From an uncultured Calditrichaceae bacterium (GTDB lineage: Bacteria; Zhuqueibacterota; Zhuqueibacteria; Oceanimicrobiales; Oceanimicrobiaceae): 64,000 nt of DNA. A program made the position numbers and the translations under genes. Numbering within the stretch: the first letter of the stretch is position 1; each line of letters opens with the position of its first letter. Shown piece by piece: positions 29,282 through 38,906 of this stretch. Location of the stretch: positions 8,201 to 72,200 of the forward strand of contig CAYVXE010000001.1 in NCBI GenBank assembly GCA_964455375.1, read 5' to 3'. The notes beneath the pieces were generated by a model. It was not told the origin of the DNA and did no database searches. It worked only from the letters and a program-made list of their open reading frames with translations.

Positions 29282-30997
29282 TTGATTACTGATGAAGATA
29301 GAAAATTCGGACAGCTCTTAATCAAACGGGGACTTCTTAAAGAACAGGAATTACTCGATGTTTTGAAATATAAAAAGCATCATGATGAAGAGCTCTCCAC
29401 GATCATTATTCATAAGGGGCTGGTAAACAAGAAAGCTGTATACAGTTGCCTTGCAGAATATTTAAACATTCCTTTCATTGAACTTTGTGATTATACCATA
29501 GACTCGCTGGTCCTGGAACTTGTTCCAAAAGACCTGGCCTTCCAATATAAAGCCATTCCCGTTTTTAAAATTGAAGATAGTCTAACCATTGCGATGGCTG
29601 AACCTGGTGATGTTCAGATAATAGATACATTGCACAGGGAAACTGGTTATAAAATCGAGCCGGCTGTGGCGGTGGAGGAAGAAATTCAAGACGCGCTTAA
29701 TTTGTATTACGAAGCGTCTTCGGAATTAGACTCCTCTTTGGATGAAGTCATTGAAAATATCAAGAATCAAAAGCCACAGGAAGATGAAAAAGAAAAGACA
29801 TCTGCTGAGAAGCTTAAACAACTCAGCGAAGGCACGCCGGTTGTAAAACTGGTGAATCTCATTATCAGTCAGGCGATTTTGGATAAAGCGAGCGACATCC
29901 ACATTGAACCGGAAGAAAACAGTTTGCAAGTCAGGTACCGTATTGATGGTGTATTACATGAAAACCTGAGTCCGCCAAAACATTTGCAAGCGGCTATCAT
30001 TTCCCGAATTAAAATTCTTGCCGATATGGATATCGCCGAAAGCAGAATACCGCAGGACGGCCGCTTTCAGGTGAATGTCAACGGCCGTGAAGTGGATTTA
30101 CGAGTTTCAACCCTGCCCACCGTGTATGGTGAAAATATTGTCATGCGAATTCTTGATAAAGGCAGTCTTACATTGAATATTGAGGATCTGGGATTTGATG
30201 ATGTTATGCTCGGTCAATTCAAACAAATATTGTCGAGCTCGTACGGCGTCATTTTAGTTTGCGGTCCCACCGGAAGTGGTAAGACGACCACACTTTACTC
30301 TGCTTTACAATCCATCAATACGCCGGATAAAAATATTATAACGGTGGAAGACCCCGTGGAGTACCGGCTGAAGCGTATCAGACAATCGCAAGTGAACATG
30401 AAAGCGGGTTTGACATTCGCTGTCGGTTTAAGGTCGATTTTGAGGCAAGACCCGGATATTATTATGGTCGGAGAAATCCGTGATACAGAAACGGCAAAAA
30501 TCGCAGTGGAGTCGGCTCTTACCGGACATTTGGTTTTATCCACTATTCACACAAATGATGCTCCCGGCGCACTAACCCGATTGTCTGAAATGGGTATCGA
30601 ACCATTTTTAGCGGCCTCCGCAACCGTGGGCGTCATGGCACAGCGGCTGGTACGTAAACTCTGTGATAACTGTAAGCAACCATATACCTTAAAAAAGACT
30701 GCTTTGCAGGATCTGAATCTTCCCGCTGAATTCCGGGAACTCACTATTTATCGTAATATGGGATGCAGCACTTGTAAAAACACAGGTTACAAAGGCCGTC
30801 TTGGTATCTATGAAATTATGGTTATTAATGAGGAACTGAGAGATTTAATTCTAAAAAAAGAATCGAGCCTTCTGGTAAGACAGGCGGCGTTTAAAAATGG
30901 TATGCGTAGTTTGCGACAGGACGGGTTACTGCGGGTTCGACAGGGTTTGACCTCGCTGGAGGAAGTGTTCAGAGTGACAAATGCAGATCAGGTGTGA
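29282..30997 (+). CDS. pilB: Type IV pilus assembly ATPase PilB (GspE family)
   Basis: An N-terminal GSPII_E_N domain, Walker A motif GPTGSGKTTT, Asp box, His box, and the tetracysteine CDNC...CSTC. The start appears to be TTG. Confidence 0.9.
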   Translation: MITDEDRKFGQLLIKRGLLKEQELLDVLKYKKHHDEELSTIIIHKGLVNKKAVYSCLAEYLNIPFIELCDYTIDSLVLELVPKDLAFQYKAIPVFKIEDSLTIAMAEPGDVQIIDTLHRETGYKIEPAVAVEEEIQDALNLYYEASSELDSSLDEVIENIKNQKPQEDEKEKTSAEKLKQLSEGTPVVKLVNLIISQAILDKASDIHIEPEENSLQVRYRIDGVLHENLSPPKHLQAAIISRIKILADMDIAESRIPQDGRFQVNVNGREVDLRVSTLPTVYGENIVMRILDKGSLTLNIEDLGFDDVMLGQFKQILSSSYGVILVCGPTGSGKTTTLYSALQSINTPDKNIITVEDPVEYRLKRIRQSQVNMKAGLTFAVGLRSILRQDPDIIMVGEIRDTETAKIAVESALTGHLVLSTIHTNDAPGALTRLSEMGIEPFLAASATVGVMAQRLVRKLCDNCKQPYTLKKTALQDLNLPAEFRELTIYRNMGCSTCKNTGYKGRLGIYEIMVINEELRDLILKKESSLLVRQAAFKNGMRSLRQDGLLRVRQGLTSLEEVFRVTNADQV

Positions 30998-31069
30998 AGG
31001 TGCCGAAACTTTAACTTAAATTTATAAAAATAGTGACGATAAAAATGTTAAATAATTAGATAAAATATC

Positions 31070-32491
31070 ATGCAGTTATCCGGAAAAGTTACGATGGACA
31101 AAATCGCTTCTTTACTCGTTGTTGACGATGAAAACGAATTCACCAGAACGATCCGTGAAATTTTAGAGAAACATAATTACAGTGTAAGTGTGTCAGGCTC
31201 TGGCTATGAAGCATTGGAAATGTTGAATACCAAAGATTATGATCTTGTGCTATTAGACCTGACCATGCCGTTGATAAACGGTGTGCAAACTTTGAAAAGA
31301 ATTAAAAAAGCTGACCCCGGACTACCCGTTATAATTTTGACCGCCGATAGCAGGATAGGCACAGTCGTGGAGGCTATGAAATTAGGGGCATACGATTACT
31401 TTGCAAAGCCGCTGGACTGGAAGAAACTGGAGATTTCCATTAAAAATGCATTAATAACAAAAGAATTGCGCGGTGAAATTTCTCGTCTAAAAGGACAGCT
31501 CAAAAGCAAATACAGTTTTGAACAGGTAGTCGGGCAGAGTAAAAAAATGCAAGATATTTTCAAAAGTCTTGACCGCGTTGTAGATACAAATGTAACCGTA
31601 TCTATTCGTGGTGAAAGCGGAACCGGTAAGGAGTTACTGGCCAGGGCCATTCACTTCAACGGCCCGAGAAAGAACAAACCGTTTATCGCCGTGAATTGCG
31701 CCGCCATTCCGGACAATTTGCTGGAGAGTGAATTGTTCGGACATGAAAAAGGCGCATTTACCGGTGCGGTGGCGAAACGTTTAGGAAAGTTTGAACAGGC
31801 TGACGGCGGAACTATTTTTCTTGATGAAATCGGTGAAATGGCATCTGCTACGCAAGTAAAAATTTTACGTGTTTTACAGGAACGAAAATTTCAGCGGGTG
31901 GGTGGGAACAGTACTGTAAACGTAGATGTCAGGGTCATTTCCGCTACCAACAAGAATTTAGAGGAAGAGATGAGGAAGGGTAATTTCCGTGAAGATTTAT
32001 ATTACCGGATTAGTGTTTACCCGATATTCTTGCCGTCTCTCCGTGAACGGAAAGAAGACATCCCGACCCTCTCAGCCTGCTTTTTAGAAAAATTTAATCG
32101 ACAATATAAAAGAAAGGTAAGTACCATTTTACCTCGAACAATGGACTATCTGATCAATTATGATTGGCCGGGAAATGTGAGAGAGCTTGAGAATGTTCTT
32201 GAACGTTCTTTGCTGAATTCAACGAATGGTACTCTAGCCCCGGAGCATCTCCCAATCACTATCACATCCTACAAGGAAGACTTTAAATTGTCTGATTCGG
32301 TTATGGATTTGAAAAAAATTGTTCCTCTGACCCGCACAATTATTCCACTCAAGGAGTTGGAAAAAGAGGTGTTACTTCAGGCTTTGCGAATAACAAATTA
32401 TAATATGTCCAATGCAGCTCTGGAACTCGGAATCGGCAGAACGACATTATATAGAAAATTGGAAAAATACCGCATTCAACTACAGCGGTAA
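31070..32491 (+). CDS. pilR: Sigma-54-dependent response regulator (NtrC/PilR family)
   Basis: A receiver domain, an AAA+ sigma-54 interaction domain carrying GESGTGKE and GAFTGA, and a C-terminal Fis-type HTH. Confidence 0.85.
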   Translation: MQLSGKVTMDKIASLLVVDDENEFTRTIREILEKHNYSVSVSGSGYEALEMLNTKDYDLVLLDLTMPLINGVQTLKRIKKADPGLPVIILTADSRIGTVVEAMKLGAYDYFAKPLDWKKLEISIKNALITKELRGEISRLKGQLKSKYSFEQVVGQSKKMQDIFKSLDRVVDTNVTVSIRGESGTGKELLARAIHFNGPRKNKPFIAVNCAAIPDNLLESELFGHEKGAFTGAVAKRLGKFEQADGGTIFLDEIGEMASATQVKILRVLQERKFQRVGGNSTVNVDVRVISATNKNLEEEMRKGNFREDLYYRISVYPIFLPSLRERKEDIPTLSACFLEKFNRQYKRKVSTILPRTMDYLINYDWPGNVRELENVLERSLLNSTNGTLAPEHLPITITSYKEDFKLSDSVMDLKKIVPLTRTIIPLKELEKEVLLQALRITNYNMSNAALELGIGRTTLYRKLEKYRIQLQR

Positions 32492-32515
32492 AATCAACGT
32501 GTAAACAATTTTATT

Positions 32516-33724
32516 ATGTCTGATTTTGAATATAAAGCAATTGATGATTCCGGAATGGAAGTGATTCAAGTTATAGAAGCTTCAAGTGCCGATGAGGTGG
32601 CCGAGAAATTAGATAAGCTGGGCTATTTCCCCATAAATATTAAAGAGAAAAAAACTTCTTCGAGTATTTCGTTATTCAAAAAGAAGAAAAAGATCAAGCA
32701 GGCTGAGATTATTGTTTTTACCAGACAACTAGTTACGTTGCTGAAAGCAGGAGTCCCATTGTTATCTTGTTTGGAAGCTATGGTAAAGCAAACGGATAAC
32801 GAAGATTTACAGACAGTCATTCAGGATATTTATGTTGATATTGAGAGCGGTCACAGCTTTTCTGATGCGTTAGCGATACATCGGGACGAATTTTCCGATC
32901 TGTATGTAAACTCAATTAGGGCGGCTGAAATGGGTGGTGCTTTAGATGAGGTGTTGGAGCGCATCGCCTCCCTTATGGAACATGATATGGAAACACAATC
33001 CCGCATTAAATCAGCCATGCGATACCCAATTATCGTCATTATCAGTTTGGTAATGGCATTTATCGGGTTGATGTTGCTGGTCGTTCCAAACTTCATATCC
33101 TTGTTTGATTCAATGAAAATCGAATTACCTTTACCAACACGGGTATTGATTGGATTTCATCATATTCTAACTGAATACTGGTATGTTTTGGTTTTGGTTT
33201 TCGCTGTGGTTTATTTCGGTTTTATGCGGTATATAAAAACCGAAAAAGGCGCGTATCAGTGGGATAAATTTAAAATTAGTATACCGCTTTTGGGCCCTCT
33301 GAACTTAAAATCTTCGATGTCTCGATTCACGCGGATGTTTGAAACATTGAATAGCAGTGGTTTACCAATTTTGCAGACGTTGGATATTGCTTCTAAAACG
33401 GTGGGTAATTTGGTTATCAGTAAAGAAATAGAGAATGCAGCTTACGGTATTTTACAGGGCGAGGGAATAGCCGAGCCGTTGGGCAGGGGAAATATATTTC
33501 CTCCCATGGTCGTTCGAATGATCGCTATTGGTGAGCAATCCGGCTCGTTGGATACAATGTTGTTGAACGTGTCTAATCATTATGACACGGAGGTAGATTA
33601 TGCAGTTAAAAATTTAACGTCAATGATTGAACCGATTTTAACGGTTGGTGTAGGGGTGATCGTTTTGTTTCTGGCAATGGCGATTTTTCTACCAATGTGG
33701 GATTTGACGAAACTGGCTCAATAA
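32516..33724 (+). CDS. pilC: Type IV pilus inner-membrane platform protein PilC (GspF family)
   Basis: Two T2SSF repeats and three TM helices, within a 402-aa protein. Confidence 0.85.
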   Translation: MSDFEYKAIDDSGMEVIQVIEASSADEVAEKLDKLGYFPINIKEKKTSSSISLFKKKKKIKQAEIIVFTRQLVTLLKAGVPLLSCLEAMVKQTDNEDLQTVIQDIYVDIESGHSFSDALAIHRDEFSDLYVNSIRAAEMGGALDEVLERIASLMEHDMETQSRIKSAMRYPIIVIISLVMAFIGLMLLVVPNFISLFDSMKIELPLPTRVLIGFHHILTEYWYVLVLVFAVVYFGFMRYIKTEKGAYQWDKFKISIPLLGPLNLKSSMSRFTRMFETLNSSGLPILQTLDIASKTVGNLVISKEIENAAYGILQGEGIAEPLGRGNIFPPMVVRMIAIGEQSGSLDTMLLNVSNHYDTEVDYAVKNLTSMIEPILTVGVGVIVLFLAMAIFLPMWDLTKLAQ

Positions 33725-33952
33725 TCTTAATCTGGCAAGTGTTCCTAAATGAATCTTTTTAAAAGAAAAAGTGAAACACTATTCCAAAATGAAACAATGA
33801 ATGATCTAAGTTTCAGAAAAACAATGATATGGCGGGTGATGCGGATTTAGACATCTATGCGGTATTTCAGAATGGAACAAATATTTTTATTTTAAAAGAG
33901 GCTCCGTATTGCCTAACTTAATTAAAAACAACAAATAATTGCCATGAGTTAC

Positions 33953-33967
33953 ATGGCATACAAGTTG
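33953..33967 (+). promoter_or_regulatory. Sigma-54 (-24/-12) promoter, TGGCAT-N5-TTGC, upstream of pilA
   Basis: The GG and GC dinucleotides are separated by 10 nt, about 72 nt upstream of the pilA ATG. The site overlaps the palindrome TGCCATGagttaCATGGCA. An NtrC-type activator, pilR, is encoded directly upstream. Confidence 0.5.
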
Positions 33968-34038
33968 CGTTATGCGACATTACGGACAGGTAAACAAATA
34001 ATATCATTTATACTAATTCACTGATGGAGGTGTTTTTT

Positions 34039-34389
34039 ATGAAGAATCAAAGCGGTTTTACTTTGATTGAGTTGATCATGGTTATTGTGATTATCGGAAT
34101 TTTGGCTGCCATTGCCGTGCCGAAATTTGTTGATTTAAGCAGCAGCGCGCAAGCATCACAATGTAAAGCAAATCAGGCAGCTATCGAAGCGGCGGCATCC
34201 ATTGCTTATGCAGATAGCGCTATTGCAGGTAACGCCACGTTTCCAAGCAATTTAGCTGGCAGTATGTTTAAAACGGGGTCTGTCCCGACATGCCCGACGA
34301 CCGGAACTGCCTATTCTGCCGGAGCCGGCTACAACGCCACCACAGGTTTAGCGTCGTGTCCGACATCGATAACAACTCATGCACGGTGA
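34039..34389 (+). CDS. pilA: Type IVa major pilin
   Basis: Leader MKNQSG, then FTLIELIMVIVIIGILAAIA, the class III signal with Glu at position +5. The protein is small, with a C-terminal Cys pair. Confidence 0.8.
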   Translation: MKNQSGFTLIELIMVIVIIGILAAIAVPKFVDLSSSAQASQCKANQAAIEAAASIAYADSAIAGNATFPSNLAGSMFKTGSVPTCPTTGTAYSAGAGYNATTGLASCPTSITTHAR

Positions 34390-34420
34390 TGTATCGTTGG
34401 CGTAATTTTAAACGCGCAGA

Positions 34421-34456
34421 AAGGGAAGTCTTGCATTTTGTGGGCTTCCCTTTTTT
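34421..34456 (+). terminator. Rho-independent terminator after pilA
   Basis: A GGGAAG...CTTCCC stem followed by TTTTTT. Confidence 0.6.
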
Positions 34457-34484
34457 GTCTAAATAAATAACCACATTGAATTGT

Positions 34485-34982
34485 ATGAAATTATTCAAAG
34501 GACAAAAAGGCTTCTCTTTAATTGAACTCATTGTTACAATCGTGATTGTGGGAGTTTTATCCTATGTCGTGACTGCAAATTACCATAATTCTTATACCAG
34601 TGTTCAATACCAATCAATGATTCATAAAATCGCCGCTGATATGCGTTATGCCAGAGAGTTGGCTGTAACCAGTGGACAAAGTACAAGCGTCTTTGTCGAC
34701 CCGTCTCACAATCGATATTACCTGAAATGGGCTGATGGTTCCTATTTGCAAAATCCGTTGAAGGGAGGAAATTTTATTATTGAACTTGGAAAAGGCGATG
34801 TACCAAATGTACAGATAACCCAAACAGCCTTTTCCGGTGGGCGGTTAGACTTTAATAGATCTGGAGTACCCTTGAATGCCGGAAGCCCTTATTCTGGTAA
34901 ATTGACCTTACTGGTATTAAACAATGCAAAAAAAGTGAGTGTGACTGCAAATACCGGGTATATAAAAATTGAAGATATGTGA
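34485..34982 (+). CDS. Minor pilin / pseudopilin (FimT/GspH-like)
   Basis: Prepilin signal MKLFKGQKG followed by FSLIELIVTIVIVGVL. Confidence 0.7.
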   Translation: MKLFKGQKGFSLIELIVTIVIVGVLSYVVTANYHNSYTSVQYQSMIHKIAADMRYARELAVTSGQSTSVFVDPSHNRYYLKWADGSYLQNPLKGGNFIIELGKGDVPNVQITQTAFSGGRLDFNRSGVPLNAGSPYSGKLTLLVLNNAKKVSVTANTGYIKIEDM

Positions 34983-34986
34983 TAAA

Positions 34987-35481
34987 ATGAGTCGGGTTAA
35001 TCTTTCTCAGAAAGGATTTACGTTAATTGAGTTGATTATGGTCATGGTGATGGTTACGACACTTGCCGGGTTCATCGGAAATATCATTTACTATGAAGTC
35101 AATACATACAAAATTGTTGCAAATCGAAAAGAAGCATTGCAGAATTCACGTTTTGCCTTTCGTAAAATTGCCACTGATGTGAGACAAATTATCGCCCAGG
35201 ATAGTATTTTTAAAGCCACAGCCGATTCCATTCGATTTAAGGATGTAAACAATAATGAAATTGCATACAAATTTACAGATAATGAAATTCTACGCAACGA
35301 CGATGTTTTGATCGATGGAATTTCCACGTTCCAGTTCTCGTATTTTAATAATAATGGCAATCAGTTAATATTGCCAATTAACGATATGAAGAACATTCGC
35401 TCCATTGCATTATTTTTATCATTGCAAGTTCAAGGTAAGACGGTTGTCTCTCATATGAAAGTTACGCCACGAAATTTTTAA
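34987..35481 (+). CDS. Minor pilin (PilW/PilE-like)
   Basis: Prepilin signal ...SQKG followed by FTLIELIMVMVMV. Confidence 0.7.
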   Translation: MSRVNLSQKGFTLIELIMVMVMVTTLAGFIGNIIYYEVNTYKIVANRKEALQNSRFAFRKIATDVRQIIAQDSIFKATADSIRFKDVNNNEIAYKFTDNEILRNDDVLIDGISTFQFSYFNNNGNQLILPINDMKNIRSIALFLSLQVQGKTVVSHMKVTPRNF

Positions 35482-35489
35482 CAAGTACT

Positions 35490-35900
35490 ATGATGAACTT
35501 GTTTAAAGACAAAATTTTTGCTCGTCATCGTACAAATGACCAGGCAGGGTTTACGCTCATTGAAATAATCCTGGTTATGATATTTCTAAGTGTTGCATTG
35601 CTGGCCACAATGAATATGATTTCCACAAGCCTGTCAAAAAGCTTTGATATGGATATCATCTCAACGGCTAACAATCTTGCGAATGAGCAGATGGAAAAAA
35701 TATTTACTGACAAAAAAAGCAAAGGCTATGGTTATGTGGTCTCTGAAAATTATCCCCCTGAAACAAATGCCGGTGGGTTTCAGGGATTCAACAGATATGT
35801 CACGATCATCACTTATTCAACCAACAAAAAGATCGTCGTTACCGTAACGCATGCTTCAATTGATGATTTTATTTTAATATCGTATTTGACTAACTATTGA
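35490..35900 (+). CDS. Minor pilin (PilV-like)
   Basis: ...DQAG followed by FTLIEIILVMIFLSVALLA. The leader before the cleavage site is unusually long, about 19 aa. Confidence 0.65.
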   Translation: MMNLFKDKIFARHRTNDQAGFTLIEIILVMIFLSVALLATMNMISTSLSKSFDMDIISTANNLANEQMEKIFTDKKSKGYGYVVSENYPPETNAGGFQGFNRYVTIITYSTNKKIVVTVTHASIDDFILISYLTNY

Positions 35901-37207
35901 TTATGAAGCCTTTACAGAAATTAAAGCGAGAAGAAGGTATCGCTCTTATTATGGCGATTGTAGCCGGGATGTTTCTTTCTGTCTTAGGCTATGTCACGGT
36001 TTCTACAGTTGTCATGGATGCGAGAATCGGTGCGAAACAGCTACAGGCAACACAGGCATTTTGGCTCGCTGAAGGTGGAATTGAGTTGGCCTATCGCTGG
36101 CTGGAATATCAGGACCCTCCGCCGAGTGGGATAAATCCGTTTATTCAATATAATGAAGTGCAGGCAGGTGCCGGCACCTATACCGTTACCATCGACCCGG
36201 ACAACGGAAATACTGGAACCTACCTGAAAAAATATACAATCACCTCCGTAGGTAAAGTTGCAGACGTTGAGCGAAAACTACAGATTGAAATGCAAGTCAC
36301 AACTTTTAACCGCTATGCGTATCTCACGGGAAGTGAAGGTGGAACAATCTGGTTTAATACGGGGGACTTGGTCGAAGGTCCCATGCATAGTAACGACCAA
36401 ATTTCTATTGTGGGCAGCCCTGTCTTTATGGGAAAAGTGACCAGTACTGCGTCAAGTTTTCACAAGGGATTTCCTTTTATGCCGGATTTCCAGGATGGGT
36501 ATCAGTTGGGAGTGCCGCCGGTAGTTTTTCCAACCATGCAAGATATTATGGATAATTATTGGGCTGTCAATACAGACCCTCCAAATCTTATTATCGATGC
36601 GAGGTTTGGCCGGCGCTCCAGTATTGAATTCAAAGCCGATGGCACGCTTAAATATAATGTGTGGCATTGGGTTTGGGGGTCTAAAGTTTATGATATTCAT
36701 GATGCCGTTGTAAATGTAGCAGACCTGAATGGTTTTGTGAAAGTCAAAGGGTCCACTCACATAAAAGGCACTCTCGACGGTGTCTTAACTGTCATAACAA
36801 CGGGATATATTTATATTCAGAATGATATTATCTATGAGGGCTCTGACTCTGACGGAAAGCCGTTGCCTGGCTGTGATGATATGTTAGGTCTGATCGCCAA
36901 GAAAGATATTATCGTTGAGGATAATTCGGCTAACAGAAATGATGTTATCATCGATGGGGCGTTACTAACGCTTGGAGATTCTTTCACGGTAGAAAATTAT
37001 GCCTGGGGTTCACCACGCGGAGATCTGACGATTTACGGCTCGTTAAGTCAAAAAGTTCGCGGTCCCGTAGGAACGTTCAGTTGGTGGGGGACCACAGGCT
37101 ATGCAAAAGATTATCATTATGATACGCGCTTTTTGGACGTTCCGCCGCCGTACTATCCAACGACAGGCCAATATCATTATACTTACTGGAAAGAAATAAC
37201 GGAATAA
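35897..37207 (+). CDS. PilX-N-domain pilus-associated protein, enlarged to 436 aa
   Basis: The N-terminus, EEGIALIMAIVAGMFLSVLGYVTVSTVVMDARIGAKQLQATQAFWLAEGGIE, matches the PilX N-terminal domain. A large beta-rich C-terminal extension follows. Confidence 0.6.
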   Translation: MIMKPLQKLKREEGIALIMAIVAGMFLSVLGYVTVSTVVMDARIGAKQLQATQAFWLAEGGIELAYRWLEYQDPPPSGINPFIQYNEVQAGAGTYTVTIDPDNGNTGTYLKKYTITSVGKVADVERKLQIEMQVTTFNRYAYLTGSEGGTIWFNTGDLVEGPMHSNDQISIVGSPVFMGKVTSTASSFHKGFPFMPDFQDGYQLGVPPVVFPTMQDIMDNYWAVNTDPPNLIIDARFGRRSSIEFKADGTLKYNVWHWVWGSKVYDIHDAVVNVADLNGFVKVKGSTHIKGTLDGVLTVITTGYIYIQNDIIYEGSDSDGKPLPGCDDMLGLIAKKDIIVEDNSANRNDVIIDGALLTLGDSFTVENYAWGSPRGDLTIYGSLSQKVRGPVGTFSWWGTTGYAKDYHYDTRFLDVPPPYYPTTGQYHYTYWKEITE

Positions 37208-37238
37208 GTTATGATTTTTATTTTGGAGTTACATTAGA

Positions 37239-38900
37239 TTGAAGGTAAAAGCACGTTGTTTGTTTTTGGCTATAATGCTGTTTTGGTTAAATTTGGCCGC
37301 CGGTACCATTAGCGGGCAACTTACTGTTGATACGCTCAAAGTGGCTGATAGTCCAATCAGCGTGATTGGAAATATTTCCGTACCTTCATGGCATACGTTG
37401 ACCATTGAACCGGGGGTCATTTTAAAGTTTGACGCCGGTTTAAGTTTTACAATTGATGGCACGTTGAATGCTGTGGGAACTGAAGCCGATTCAATTTTCT
37501 TTCACTCTAATGCGGCCACTCCGCAGAGTGGGGATTGGTCCGGTCTGATCTTTAATACAGCCAGTGCTGGTTCTTTACATTATTGCAGTATTAAATATGC
37601 AAGTGTGGGTTTAACAGAAAATAATGCAACTTTTGAAATCAAATCTTCAACATTTTCCAAAAATACAAATGGGATTGATTGTCGCAATGGTAGTGCACCC
37701 GTCATTCAGTTGAACACGTTTACTGCCAATGAAAATACTGCCATTCGTTGTACGGATTCAAGTCCTTCGATTCTTCAGAATAAATTTTTAAATAACGTGT
37801 CTGTTTCTTCCACGATTTTATGTCAGAATTCTTCACCGACCATCAGTCAAAATCTAATCAGTCGCAATTTGAATGAGGGAATTTCCTGTGTCAACGGTTC
37901 CAAACCGAATATTTGGCAAAATACGTTTTATGATAATAATTTGGGTATTGCGGTTAACGATTCATCGGGACCCATCATCAAAAATAATATCATCATCGGG
38001 AATAAACAGTTCGGTGTTGCGGTGATTGATACCTCAGCTACGGAAGTAATCGAATATAATGATGTTTGGGGAAACGAGATTTCCGAATTTGTCGGCACGG
38101 ACGTATCCGTTGGTAATTTGACTACGAGCAACAGCAATGGCCATGCATCTGATGTTCATAACAACATCAGATTGAATCCGGTATTTGTGGATACTGCTGC
38201 GGGTAATTTTCATCTTCTTGTCGCTTCGCCTTGCATCGATGCAGGCGATGCCGCCAATCCTGCCGGCATTACTTTTTGGGGAAATGCACCAGATTTAGGA
38301 GCTTATGAGTATGATGGTGCGCTGCCAGTGGAGCTGGTTTCGTTTCGAATAGTGGACAGGAAATTAATCTGGACAACCGCTACCGAAACGAATAATTTTG
38401 GCTTTGAGGTGCAAAGAAGAAGCGAAACTGAGCAGCATTTTCAAAGGGTGGCGTTTATCCCCGGCGCCGGTACGACGTTAGTGCCACAGCATTATGAATA
38501 TGACGAATCAGATATTTTCGGAGTTTATTTTTACCGCTTAAAGCAAATCGATACGGATGGAACTTTTTCATTCAGCGATATTCTCAAAGCGGCGTTTTCG
38601 GAGGTTAACTCATTTGAATTGTATACAAATTATCCGAATCCATTTAATCCGTCAACGACAATTTCGTTTCATGTGCCGTTCAATCGTAATCGTGAACCGG
38701 TTTCATTAATATTGTCAATTTTCAATATAAGGGGAGAGCAAATTGTTACCCTGTTGGATGACAAAAAGGTGCCTGGAGAATATAAATTAAATTGGCGCGG
38801 TGTCGATAATTTAGGTAATCCGGTAGCTTCCGGAGTTTATTTTTATCGCTTAAAAATGGGCGATAATGTCCTGTCAAAACGAATGCTTTTGTTGAAATAA
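37239..38900 (+). CDS. Secreted right-handed parallel beta-helix repeat protein with a T9SS C-terminal sorting domain
   Basis: A signal peptide is followed by repeated segments of about 22 aa (N.F..N...I.C.NGS.P.I..N.F..N) typical of pectate-lyase-like beta-helices. The C-terminal segment of about 80 aa (...YTNYPNPFNPSTTISF...SGVYFYRLKMGDNVLSKRMLLLK) looks like a T9SS type A sorting domain. Confidence 0.7.
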   Translation: MKVKARCLFLAIMLFWLNLAAGTISGQLTVDTLKVADSPISVIGNISVPSWHTLTIEPGVILKFDAGLSFTIDGTLNAVGTEADSIFFHSNAATPQSGDWSGLIFNTASAGSLHYCSIKYASVGLTENNATFEIKSSTFSKNTNGIDCRNGSAPVIQLNTFTANENTAIRCTDSSPSILQNKFLNNVSVSSTILCQNSSPTISQNLISRNLNEGISCVNGSKPNIWQNTFYDNNLGIAVNDSSGPIIKNNIIIGNKQFGVAVIDTSATEVIEYNDVWGNEISEFVGTDVSVGNLTTSNSNGHASDVHNNIRLNPVFVDTAAGNFHLLVASPCIDAGDAANPAGITFWGNAPDLGAYEYDGALPVELVSFRIVDRKLIWTTATETNNFGFEVQRRSETEQHFQRVAFIPGAGTTLVPQHYEYDESDIFGVYFYRLKQIDTDGTFSFSDILKAAFSEVNSFELYTNYPNPFNPSTTISFHVPFNRNREPVSLILSIFNIRGEQIVTLLDDKKVPGEYKLNWRGVDNLGNPVASGVYFYRLKMGDNVLSKRMLLLK

Positions 38901-38906
38901 ATTGTA

